64,000 nucleotides of DNA, from assembly GCA_907165135.1 (NCBI GenBank), contig OU015567.1, positions 7,936,001 through 8,000,000 of the forward strand, read 5' to 3'. This DNA is from Oikopleura dioica (lineage: Eukaryota > Animalia > Chordata). Made by a program: the position numbers and the translations under genes. Positions 47,386 to 59,372 of this stretch are shown here, piece after piece; position 1 is the first letter of the stretch, and each line of letters starts with the position of its first letter. Under the pieces are notes generated by a model. It worked only from the letters and a program-made list of their open reading frames with translations. It made no database searches and was not told the DNA's origin.

Positions 47386-49462
47386 TTAGATGGAAATGGT
47401 ATCGAGAATCTCAGCGCAATTATTCGGAATAGCAGCAACACCTACACCTCCCTCATGCCGGTTCATATTTCCTGAGAGGGACCACGTGCCTTCTTCTGGA
47501 TCGTAAATTTCGATGGACGACAGATTGGTCATTCCATCATACCCGCCGATCGCATAGAGCTTGTTTCCAGATGATGCAACGCCGACTCTAGCTCGTCGAA
47601 CATTCATCTCCTGAAAAATAAATAAAATTTAAAGTTTAAACCAAATCACTTGCTACCTGAGTCATGGGAGTCCATTGTTGAGTGGCGAAGCTGTACTGCT
47701 CGCAAGTTTGCAAGAAGCGTCCGTTATACCCGCCTACGACCCAAAGCTTGCCTTGGAAAACGAGACTTCCATGTCGGCAACGATTGTGTATCATCGGAGG
47801 AAACTCGGTCCACTTCTTTCCGTCAAAGACTTCCACAGAATTGAAGAATTGAACGACGTCGCATCCGCCAGTGACGAACATTTTACCGGCAAAGCAAACC
47901 GCTGCCGCTGCGGATCGAGATCGTTGCATCGATGGAACTTCTTCCCAAACGTCCCTAACAGGGTCGTAACATTCGCAGCTGTTGAGGCAGAGGTCGCCGT
48001 TATAGCCACCAGATACATAAAGTCGACCGTTCATCGACGAGCATGCCGGCGCGCTTCTACAGTATAACATACTAGCGACGACTTCCCATTTGTTTGTTTT
48101 AGGGTCAAATCGTTCAGCTGAGTTCAATCTCACGGCGCAATCAAAGCCACCCAGTGCGTAGAGCATTCCATTCAAAACGGCCACCCCAAGTCGTCCTCGG
48201 CAACGATTCATTTGTGGCATGTGCTTCCATTGCTAATGAATAGAAAATGAAATATGTTGAACTTAGAAACATTTGAGTACCTTTGAACTGGAGTCAAACA
48301 TATCGACAATGTTGATGGACTCGTGGACAGCGTTTGACGCGAAACCGCCAAGTAAATAAATGTGATTCTGCAAGTGCGAGCAATATCTGGGGTTTAGTCG
48401 TTCACTTTCAATCAGCAGCCCATCATCGTCTGGATCGCAAACTTTCATTCGCGAGAACTCAACTATTAATGCAAAGAGTAAGTTTTACATAAAAACGCGA
48501 TCGTTCTACCATTGCAATGGCGCAATATTGCATCATCTATCAAGTTACGGCATTGGATATTGCTCGAAACCAAATCGAAGATCAAGACCTCGTCGCGAAT
48601 GAATTGCGGCGGCAGCAGGTGCAAGCGAACTTGGCTGAGCATCCCATGGACGAGGTTTGCCTCGCAAGATGGGTTTGCGATGAGCCAGATTTTGAACGCT
48701 GACCAGACATTCGCCTCCTGCTCGACATACAAGTCAGATGAGCCAAGAATACTCATCACTGAACAAATGCCGTATTATCAGCGGATCCATCGATCTTCTC
48801 AATTGTTACCTAATTCAGCAGGAGCGCTTGTCCAAACAGGAAGTCCAAAAAGATCGCAGAAATAGCGGTCTATGTACTGCCGAGCTCGCCGGGCCAAATC
48901 GTGGCATGACAAGCTCTCTGCGACCTGGACAACTTCGAGGACATTTTCAGTGCTCATGCGCCGCTCAATAAAGTCGCAACAGGCTGTGATTACTTGTTCG
49001 CAGCCTAGATATCCAGCAGCGACGAGGAGAGACTGTACGGTTTCGTTAGTGAGCTTTATCTCACCAATGTACGCCCATTCAATCACTATTAAAATTTATG
49101 TATCTGCACTTGAGAAAGATAAACTGCATACATGAAATGATGATTGCAGGATCTACGCCTGGAATTTCTATTGAAACTTCCGATGTCTCCGGGTTATTCC
49201 TCAGTGACATAAAAAGCCCCTGGAAGTAGGGGATTGCTGAGCAAATGACGACTTTATGCGCCCCAATTCGTAGTGGTCCCGATTTGATCACAACGTCAAT
49301 CGCCTTCGACTCTTCTCGAAACTTGGCAAGTCGATTGAAGCAAGTTGGAAACAAGGAGGACTTGTGAGAAATGACCTCCTTCGACTCTGTTTTCTCGGCG
49401 TGAGGTCCCCGCAAGGGCCCGTCTGCGTCCGCCAGTTTGACATCAAGTTCAGGCCTGATAGT
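47386..49462 (-). CDS. KLHL18: Kelch-like protein 18, multi-exon (start codon not resolved, slightly upstream)
   Basis: BTB (AHKVVICSAIPYF), BACK and six Kelch repeats. C-terminus LYAIGGYDGMTNLSSIEIYDPE...HEGGVGV matches KLHL18. Confidence 0.8.
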
Positions 49463-49957
49463 GGACGTGCCTAGTTATTTATTAAGCAATACAAACAACA
49501 AATTGACAACTCACCAGTTTGAATATTCAGTGAAAATTTAAACGCTCTCACAGCCGCTTTCACCGCTCCCTCCACTTGAGTCTAATAGACAACAACTTAG
49601 TTTCACTTTGTCCTGTGACAGCAATTTACCTTAGTAACATTTTGGTACTTCTGTAACGAGTCATTTTCGATAAACTGGGCAATCAGCGACTCGGTCAAGT
49701 CCCGAATGACTTCGACGTTAGACATTTTACCGCATTTCTAGCGCTTTCTTAAAGCTTTAAATCAACGAGAAGTAAGTAAAGAGTGTTTCTTTCTGTATTA
49801 CATGTATCGATAAAAATTGAACGAAGCAGAACTAATGAAACGCGCTGTAAGGCCCAAAAAATAATTGCTTGAACAGTTACTTGTGAAGGAGTTGGGACTG
49901 TGCACAAAATTAAAGAGAGAAAAAGATGACGATACGCGCGCGTGTTTATTTCGTGTT

Positions 49958-50702
49958 CTATGCAAAGGCCTTTGCCTTGACAATTGGCAGCTCTTCGATT
50001 CCGTCCTTGGAGATGATCTTCAGGCGGAAAACTGGGAGGTTGATTGAGAAACGACGCTGTAACTCGTCGCAGCACTTTTGAAATAGGGCGATTGCTTCCT
50101 CCCGCGTTGGTGGCTTGTCCCTACAAACGTGGTTAAAAGGAATGCTTTGAAAATAGGCGGAAGTACTTGTTGTAGTGTCGGTCAAGAATGGACATGGTGA
50201 ACATGGCTCCATAACCGTGAGCTCCGTATGGGCACTCAATATCAGCCGCGAGGTAATCGATTAAATGAAGCTCTGGCTTATCCTCGATATCGTCGTATCC
50301 AGCAACCAAGAGGTTCACCTGAACATCGATTTTCATTAAGAAAAAGAACGCGAATCTTACCATGTATGATTTTCGCGATCGAAGTGATGTAGCAAGCCTG
50401 TGTCGAGTGAAGCAAGCGGCTTCGTTTGGCGTCATATCGTATCCATTTCGCATTTCGTACAGCGCGATGTTCTTGGCGATGGACTCTTGGAAGAAGTTCG
50501 TGTCTCCGACTTCTCCGCACACTTGAAAGGGATTAAAAAATGCTATTCTTTCAGTGCGCTTACCAGCCATGGCAGTTTTCTTTCCGATTGGGTAGATCTT
50601 GTCGTATTCCTGCTGATAAACGATGACCGATCGTGCGGCGGTCTGATCAGCGCCGACCAAGACGAAATCTTTTCCTTTGATTCCAATTATGTACTCGGTC
50701 AT
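49958..50702 (-). CDS. PSMB2: Proteasome subunit beta type-2, 4 exons
   Basis: MTEYIIGIKGKDFVLVGAD, IAKNIALYEMRNGY, VNLLVAGYD, AHGYGAMFTMSILDRHY, LQRRFSINLPVF. Confidence 0.95.
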
Positions 50703-50865
50703 TTTCCACCTCTATCTGAACGCGTAAAACGTAAATGAAAAGAGCGTTCGGTGAAATACTGTAAATGGGCAAGGTGGTGGAATTCGGTAAAGGTAAAATC
50801 TGGTGTGACACATTGAACACATCGACACAAATTGAACAAAAAACGACACGGAGTGAAGTAAAAAT

Positions 50866-52050
50866 CTATCTATTCCCAAGCTGCTGCTGAGGATTTCCTG
50901 TTCCAGCGTGGATGCGTCGCACTCTCGGAACAAATTCCCCACTTGATACGTCCTTTTCCAACTCTTCCATCTGCGGACGCCCTTTTCCTAAATAATAAAT
51001 AACAGGCTGCTCCAATTCTAGAGCTGTTTTACTCACCTTCATAAAGAAGAATATTCAAAGTTTCTTCGTAAATACGCGCTTCGGGAAACTCTACCTTCGT
51101 TTGTTTCTTTTCCGTCGCGTAGACGATGCTCGTACAGCAGATTTCTGATATCTTTCGCCCGTGGCCGTAAAAACTCCAGACGCAAATGTCTTCTCCGACG
51201 ACGTCGCGGATGAACTTTATTCGATTTGTGAAATTTAGCGCCAGTTTATCAAAAAGCTCGATATTTCTAAGCATGTGATCATCGGAAGAGCTTCAAATAA
51301 TCAATTAAAAAATCGGAAAATAAAAGATGAAAACGTACTTTGTGTAAGAATACTTGTTGTTGCCACGGTTGTACAGAAGCTTGACAACTGGTTTTTCTGA
51401 TTGCTTGATGATCTTTTGCTCTTCAAACGGCGATGTGACAATCGGAACTTGGCAAATAGGGGTAATTTGGTCTTCCTTGGGCGGTCGGAGTTTGTTGAGA
51501 CTTTCATGGCAGGCTTCAATTAACTCCTGAAGAAAATTCTCTTGTAAAAACTGCAAGCTATGATACAAAAATAGCCCCAGTTCAAAGTTCACTGATGCAA
51601 AAAAGAAGGCAATTTCTGACGATGAAAATAGTCGGATTCTGAGCGTACCTGTACGGCGAAAAAGTTAGCTTCCTTTAAAATTTGCTTGATCTCTGCTGGG
51701 TCTTGTGGAAGGACGATTTTCGAATCGCGAAGAAAATCGAGTATGTAAGCAAAATATGCCCCATTTCGATCAACAAGATGGTACCCGTCTTCGTCTCTAC
51801 CAAATAAAATTGTAGATAAAGAATGATTTCTCTCCTTTACTTTTCAACTTCCATGCGGCCGGAGAACATCGAGCTCAGCATCGTCTCGCCTCAAAACATT
51901 CCAGTTCGAAAAATACTCGAAAAACTCGAAAAGCAGACGAGAAACAGAAATTGCTGATAATTTGGAACTTTTCCTGCTCAAGGTGTCTCGGGTCGTCATG
52001 TACAAATACCCACCCACATTGAGCTTGATGTAGTTATCTAACTTTGACAT
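50866..52050 (-). CDS. KCTD10: BTB/POZ adaptor of the KCTD10/KCTD13/TNFAIP1 (BACURD) family
   Basis: [67 protein letters not shown]. Confidence 0.9.
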
Positions 52051-52177
52051 CTGAAGCAATGGTTGGTACTATTTAGTCGGAACGGGAATATATTTTTGTA
52101 CACCGGAAGTTTGAATACAGAAAGGTTGAAGTAAAATACAGAACGGAAGGTAATTTCACGGCTCTAGAACTTAGAGG

Positions 52178-52691
52178 CTAGGGCCTAGCCGCTAGGCTTC
52201 TTCGATCAGCCGTAAATGTCGCTGTTCCTCGTCTCTTTTCTGCGGGATACAACTGTAAATGGCCAGAATAAGAATGCAGCATGCCAGTAGAATTGCTAGA
52301 GAAAGTTTTTAAGATATCAATATAACTCGATATAATTGTGAACAAGATAAGAGTGCAACTCAGACACTTCTTTTTAAAGCCAGATTGTTTCCTGAACTTA
52401 CCTAGATCAAAAATATGATGCTCCGTTATATAAGCTCTTTCAGTAGAAATGAGTGGTTTGAGTCCCAGTTCCGTGACATTTTTGCCTTTCTGTTCTGCCC
52501 ATATAAAGTCAATGTTCTGCAGCTCCTGAAGCAACATTTTAACCCATCAATCGGAGCAATGAATTAACCTCTTTCCCGACGATGTAAAAGCCGCCACAAA
52601 GAAGAACGACCAAGAAAATGAAAAGATTGAGCGCGCAGCAGACTAGCGGAGGATTTCCTTTCAGACAGTCCTTTTGCGTTGTGTTACACAT
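52178..52691 (-). CDS. Hypothetical small single-pass membrane protein
   Basis: MCNTTQKDCLKGNPPLVCCALNLFIFLVVLLCGGFYIVGKE splices in frame to EELQNIDFIWAEQ (ORF 52178..52537). 3' end uncertain. Confidence 0.5.
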
Positions 52692-52894
52692 TTAACGATT
52701 TCTGTTTTTTGTCTGAACATCCGAAATTACATAACAACGCGAATATATTAAAAGTTAATATATTTTGATTGATATGTAATGAAAAGGCTCGCAAATGCAA
52801 TTTCACAGGGAGAAAAAGGGAGATGGAAGATGGGCAAATGCTTCAATGTCACATTTTATTGCAGATGCACATTTTTCAATGAGACAGAGCAGGA

Positions 52895-53486
52895 TTAAGA
52901 GTTGGAGTTGGGGCCCTTCTTCTTTCCGAAGGATGGGACGACGTTGACGAATCGTCGGTTGTACTAGAATTCATCGATAAGTAATGATTTTTTTGATTTA
53001 GGAGAATTGGAAGTTTCAGGTTGTTATCTAAATTTTTTCAAAATGTAATTTTTACCTGCATTCGTCGCTTAGCTCGTCCAGTCTTGGCCTTCTTCTTCTC
53101 CTGAGCGTCGACCTTGGGGGTCTGGCCCTTGACCTTACCAGCTCGGGCAAGGGAACCGTGGACCTTACCACCAAGCATTCGTGGGACTTCCTCGACCTGG
53201 AAGCCTTCGGTCAAACCGAACTCCTCGAGGGAGAATCCTGGCTGGATGACTCGGCCATTGACGACGGCGTAGGTCTACGATCAATTAGTAAAATAAATAT
53301 TTTCTTTGGTATTTAAAATATTTTGAAATTTGAAAAGAAAATTGATTTGAATCATTTCATTCGTTTATTATAATATAAAACATTAATTTATATGAACAAA
53401 ACTGTACGTACCTCCTCGTTGAAGAGAGAAAGGACCTCGTCGGTGTTCTCAGCGTTGAAGCTCTTGCCTTGGAAGGAGAAATGCAT
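52895..53486 (-). CDS. FAU: Ubiquitin-like FUBI-40S ribosomal protein eS30 fusion, 3 exons
   Basis: RMLGG|[19 protein letters not shown]...[30 protein letters not shown]. Confidence 0.95.
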
Positions 53487-53893
53487 TTTTTTCGGAGCCG
53501 AATTAGATCTGAAAACCAAAGTTACATCAACTTTTCTCTTTGTCAAGTGCTCATCAAAAATAACAGAAATCGAAACAACAGTCGGAGGAAGAGAGAATCT
53601 CTCTCGGAGGAAGATTCTTTCCAGAGGCGAGAAAATTTTCGAGACTGACGCATCACGCGCGCAGATGCCCGCTCCGCCAATCAAATCGGGCGATTTCTCA
53701 GGCAAGGGCGATTGGACGCGCTTTCTGTAAAAATGACACATTTCAGAGATTTTAATTGAAATTTTCTTACTACGCGAGAGAATAAATGCTACAGAAGATT
53801 CTATTCGATTCATTTTTACTCCTTAAAATTTTTATGCCGAGAAAATAAGAACTTCGTCATTAAAAATTTCTTTGATTTTAGATTGAAACGGAC

Positions 53894-54988
53894 ATGGCTG
53901 CTGCAAGACCTGTAGTTTCTGTGTACGGTGCTGACGGATCCGCCACCGCCGAGCAGATCAACCTCCCAGCCGTCTTCAAGGTAGAAAATCATTGAAAAAT
54001 CCATTTTTAAATTCCTCCTCAGGCTCCAATTCGAACTGACGTTGTCCAGTTCGTCCACTCGAACATTGCCAAGAACGCTCGTCAGCCATACGCTGTCTCT
54101 GCCACCGCTGGCGAACAGACTTCCGCCGAGTCCTGGGGTACCGGTCGAGCCGTTGCTCGTATTCCCCGAGTCCGTGGTGGTGGTACTTCTCGATCTGGCG
54201 CCGCTGCCTTTGGAAACATGTGCCGAGGCGGTCGAATGTTCAACCCCAACAAGACCTGGCGCAACTGGCACAGACGAGTCAACGTCACCCAGCGACGATT
54301 TGCCACCGTCTCTGCCATCGCCGCCACTGGCATTCCCTCCCTCGCCATGGCCAAGGGCCACGTCGTCTCCCGCGTCCCTGAGTTCCCCCTTGTCATCGAC
54401 AGCGCCGCCGAGGCTTTGAAGAAGACTAAGGCCGCCGTCAGCGTACTCCGGGCCGTTGGCGCCATCGACGACGTCAACCGAGTCAAGGAAACCCGACGAT
54501 TCCGAGCCGGTCGAGGAAAGATGCGAAACCGACGACGCGTCCAGAAGCGAGGCCCTCTTGTTGTTTACCAGAACGACGATGGTATCGTCCAGGCTATGCG
54601 AAACATCCCCGGCGTCACCCTCCTCCCCGTCGATCAGCTCAACCTCCTTAAACTCGCCCCCGGTGGACATGTCGGTAGATTCACCATCTACACCGCCAAC
54701 GCTTTCAAAGCACTCGACACTGTCTACTCCTCCGCGAACAAGAAGGGCTTCTCGATGCCTCGACCGATCCTGGCGAACGCCGACCTTCAGCGAATCCTCC
54801 AAGCCGACGAAATCAAGGCCGCCCTCAAGCCTCGACGATCGGCGACGAAGCGAAGCACGGTGAAGAAGAACCCTCTCAAGAACATCAAGACGATGCTCAA
54901 GCTCAACCCTTACGCCGCCGTTCAGAAGCGAGCTGCCTTCAACAAGGCGGCTAAGAACGCTGCTGAAAAGGCCGCCAAGGCTAAGTAA
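53894..54988 (+). CDS. RPL4: 60S ribosomal protein uL4, 2 exons
   Basis: [11 protein letters not shown]...LPAVFK|[55 protein letters not shown]. Confidence 0.98.
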
Positions 54989-55312
54989 GAAAGAATCTTC
55001 CAGTCTTTCCTTGAGAAACTCTCTTTTCTGTTTTACGCACATTTACTTTCTTCATGCGCAATAAAAAAACGGAGTCTAAAAATCCGGATGATAAATCTCC
55101 TTATCGATTATTCTTCAGCTTGACTAAAGAATATCGTACAGTAACAACGCAGTTATTACCGTTTTCATTCAATGAAGGGCATAAGCAGGGCAGTGCAGGT
55201 ATTGTCTCAGAATAAATTCGAATTGACCAATAACTGTCAATAATTAAAATGGACAGGTTGTTGCACGATAGTCCTTTTATACTATCAGCCGCTTTGGTAA
55301 TGTTGCATCAGT

Positions 55313-55677
55313 ATGAGAACAAGAAATAGGCTTATTGCTACCTTTTCTACTCTTTTGATAGCCATTTATGTTGCTTTTGCGATATGCCAGGGGTTGAAGT
55401 CGCTAAGATTTAATGGCTCAATAATTTTAACTCATCCCTATTTAGTCGTAGTAAAGCTAGAGAAACTGCAGCATGAAAAAGAAGAGCAGCATTACCTCCA
55501 ACATTTGTCAGGACCTGCATTGGAAGATTATAAGATGAATGGAGAGTAAGTCGATTCGCCTTGATTTTCGCTTATGCTGGTAAGATATTTAGGTACGGAT
55601 ATGACATCATTGATCCTTGCCCCTCTTCTGATCGAGCTCGGCATGGCGATTATGGGACTGTGCCAGTATTTGGATAA
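55313..55677 (+). CDS. Hypothetical small membrane/secreted protein
   Basis: Hydrophobic N-terminus (LIATFSTLLIAIYVAFAIC). A GT-AG intron joins ...KMNGE to YGYDIIDPCPSS...VPVFG*. Confidence 0.45.
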
Positions 55678-56205
55678 CACCAACTGCGAGGAAATGGATA
55701 AATGCAACAAAATGAAACACACGCGATTCATATAACAACGATCCAGTTTAATCTTGTGAATAAAAACCAATTTCAAAACGATCTATTTTTAATCATCTCT
55801 AAAGTGCCATTTCACAAGGTCAACTCATTTTCAGCTTCGATTCTCGTTTTACCCCAACTTTGTTGCAATTAAGAAAGCATGACTTCGGTCAGAAAAGATA
55901 ACTATTCTAGCACTTGGAAGTACTAAGTACTCTGCCGCAACTGTGATTGACATCTCCCGATAAAGAAAACTGCCAGCAAGAAGGATAGCATTCGGTCGCT
56001 TTAGAGATCAGTATAATATTATTAATATTAAATATCTTTATGTGTCCTGTTTTTTGTTGGCAAAAAGTTGAGGAGATGGCCTCTTAATTCTCCGAACTTG
56101 ACCTTTGAATGAGTGAATTCAGTTTATTTTTTAATACAATAAATATCTTTGAATATCTTTTACAATTAATAGGTACAAGGACGGTAGATGTTTTTTGTCT
56201 GTTCT

Positions 56206-59146
56206 TCACACGGATACATTGTGTTGTTGTTTGCGCCTTTCGACGAATGTTTTGAGAAAGAATTCACCTGCTTTGTATGATGATCTGAATAATTCAATAA
56301 AACGTCCGTAGCTTGGCCAAGTGGCTTGTTCAGTAAAATTGAAGTGCAAAAGGATAACATCAGGGGAAGATTTCATCAGTATTTCATTTTCTGTAGAAGG
56401 AAAACAAACAAGCTCTCTTCAAAATTACGTTGATTTCAAAATATCCACCCCTGGATAATATGCTTTACGCGAAAAAGACTGAATTTTTCCGACTTGAATA
56501 ACATGAAAAGTACACACTTGGGGTCTGACCGAACAAACTTCGGGTCAGAGTAATTGATCACAATTTACCTGACTAAAGGCCCGGAGGGAACATATGCAAA
56601 TCCAAGTTCAAGTCCTATTTTCTCCCACATGGCGAATTTATCCGGATGAACATATTCCTCTACTTTCATGTGCCTCTTAGTCGGCTGCATGTACTGTCCG
56701 AACGTAATACAATCGACACCAATTGATCGCAAGTCCTTCATCGTTTGGAGAATTTCTTCATCTGTTTCGCCCATACCGAGCATAAGAGAAGTCTTTGTAA
56801 CTAGGCCAGGAGGTCCACGCTTTTTGGCTTCTTCTAGCGTCAGAAGAGACTTAAGAAAGGAAACGGCTAGAAGTTGGAACAAAGGGCGCTTGATACATAA
56901 TTAAAGTTGATGCCTTTAGTTTTCTTCAAACTAAGGGCCTGAATAAAACTTGTTGATTGTTTCGTGGCGAGCTTCCGCCTCTAATATCTCATTTGCTCTA
57001 CCTGTTCATATCCAGCTCGCGGGTCTCTGACGAACTTCTGAAGTCTTTTGACAGTTTCAACATTGTGAGCGTAAACATCGAGTCCCGAATTTGCTGTGAC
57101 ATCGACACAATCCAAGTCACCCCTCCAATCTGGAAGAAGACATTCTACTAACAGATCGGGGTTCTCTTTTTTGACTTGTTTCACCACTTCTGCAAAATGG
57201 CTGGCCCCACCATCGGGAATATCGTCTCGATCTACGGACGTTATGACGCTAGAAATTTTGGTTTATCACTTGTTTTATCCGCTTAGCTCAAAGCTTACAT
57301 GTAACCAATGTCCCAAGATTTTATTCTCTGAGCTGTTTCAATGGGTTCGTTGGGATTAAGCGGACCGGGATTACGGGAAGTTTTGACAGAGCAAAAACGG
57401 CAACCTCTAGTACAAGTGTCTCCCATGACCATTATTGTGGCTGTTGCTGAACCTTCTCCACCTCCCCAACACTAGAATACGGATTAGACGAATGCTACGT
57501 CAGTTTCCTTTCACCTCGCCAATATTTGGGCATCTAGCTTCCTCGCAAACGGTGGCAAGTCCTGAGCTTCTAAGACCTTGCTTGATCTTCTGGAATGATT
57601 TTCCCTTCGGTATATCGACTAAAAACTATATCAAAATCAAATACATGTAGCTTCATCTGAAAGCTAATCGTCATCATCCGCGACGGGAACCGAGATAAGT
57701 AGTAGAACATGTTTATTCGAAAATAAATTAGAATCATCACGCGCTTTAGTGCCGAAAAGCGTTTCCAATCCCCCTCCCTGGCGCTGTTGCTCACTCTCTC
57801 CGAAAAACCTGTAAAAAGACTGAATATTCATCACGCCAGAGTCCATATAAAGACCTACTGGTAAGCTTTTTTTACTAAACTTCAGTTCGTTCATTCTTTC
57901 ATTTTAGAGCAATTTGGAAGAGGTAAAGCGAAAATAAAAGAAGCAGCCCAATCTACTCTATTTAATCGAGAATAGCACGATAGCAAATACAGTTCAGAAC
58001 ATTCGTTCTTTTATTTATTTATATAAAGGCGTGTTTCGATCGTTCCATTATGATCTGGAATTGATCCTAACATTTCAAAAAATTAATAAACAAAGAGAGA
58101 ACTCTTCCAGCCAACTAAGGGATTCACTTTCGAGCACTTTTAAAATCCATGTTTAGAGTGATGACGAATCTACGAAAAATCGTTTCTTTGGTGACAGTTT
58201 TCCTGGCCAGTGCTACTTTCGGCTTTTCACAAGATTTCTGCAATGTACGTATTCGATGCATAGATCAGCGAACTAACCAAAAATTATACAGAAAAAGACC
58301 TGTGATATGTGTCGCCGAGCAATTACGTACGCACAGTTGGACCAGAACCCATTGGACGACAAGTTAGCTGGAAGTATCATGCAGTGCATAGGCCTGTGGC
58401 AAATTCGAGATTGCTGTTTTTCAATTTGAATATATTTAAATTTGCTGGAATAAACTATCAAAAAAAAAGTTGCGTTTCTCAGAAAAAAACATCGCAAAAA
58501 TGAAATCAACGAAGACTACTCCGATGAGAGATTTTAAATATCACTACCTTTTAACCAAGGAGGCAGTCGTAGACGCTTGTCCCCAGCCTCACGTTTGAGT
58601 TTGCCCTGGTAGTCTCGAAATGTTTTTTCTTCCACTTGTCCAGTGACGAAGTCCTCAAGTCCTGGCCCGCTAAATTAAATGCATTAGCAGGTATTGATTG
58701 GCACTTTCTTTTCGAAAATAATCACAGATTTGTAGCAATAATAGGGAGCTTACATAATGCACGAATTATCGTCGCGAATAAGGGGATTATTGTCGTATTT
58801 TGAGAGTTCAAAATCCGAGGAAAAATTAATATTAGGGGTTGAAATAAAGATTCATATTTTCGGACAGACTCCTCTCCTAGAGTTAACATAGTGGCCCGTT
58901 ATTTATTAATCTTAGATTAATTTTAGGACAGAATCTCATAAATGAGCAAAGGGTGTCACTATGTAAACTTTCCGACAACATTCTCAAAATGGTTGTCGAT
59001 ATGATACCATTTATCAGTGAGCAATTATGAGGATGAACTTATTCTTATGCCTTCACTCATGCAAAATATTAATCGTTTTATTCTTACTTGAACTGAGACG
59101 ACGTTCTGACGAGTGCTCGAACACGAACAACCTGATTTCGAAGCAT
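56206..59146 (-). CDS. LIAS: Mitochondrial lipoyl synthase, multi-exon
   Basis: N|[16 protein letters not shown]|[34 protein letters not shown] (radical SAM CxxxCxxC), GQYMQPT, SGPLVR|SSYKAGEF. Confidence 0.95.
58149..58429 (+). CDS. 77-aa secreted six-cysteine peptide nested antisense in a LIAS intron
   Basis: Exon 58149-58244, 47-nt GT-AG intron, exon 58292-58429: [32 protein letters not shown]|[45 protein letters not shown]. Confidence 0.65.
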
Positions 59147-59372
59147 TCTAATTAGGTGATCTTTTAAAAGAGCTTATCTGGAAACAAGTAATTGATCAAC
59201 AGGGAAATTGGATACAAGTCTGAGACACATGTTTACATCTCCATCTTAGAAGTAAATGAGGTTGAATGAACCTCTAAAATTTAGAGATCAAGAGACCAGT
59301 TGTCACGAATGAAAGTTTAACACAAAAATGTTTAAACAAGCCTTAAAGCTTGTATTGAACGACAGTAGTTGT

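Noticed and set aside
53816-55042. 408-aa antisense ORF
   Set aside because: Mirror of RPL4. Strong codon bias of a highly expressed gene removes antisense stops.
55426-55440. ACTCATCCC resembling the start of the Oikopleura spliced leader
   Set aside because: Match stops after 9 nt and lies in a probable intron or ORF. Not an SL RNA gene.
56524-56549. Short hairpin TCTGACC...GGTCAGA in the last LIAS intron
   Set aside because: A 7-bp stem is within chance expectation.
57664-57894. 76-aa ORF and two GTGATGA motifs in the LIAS intron (possible second nested gene or C/D snoRNA)
   Set aside because: No convincing splice model, terminal stem or box D placement. Left unresolved.
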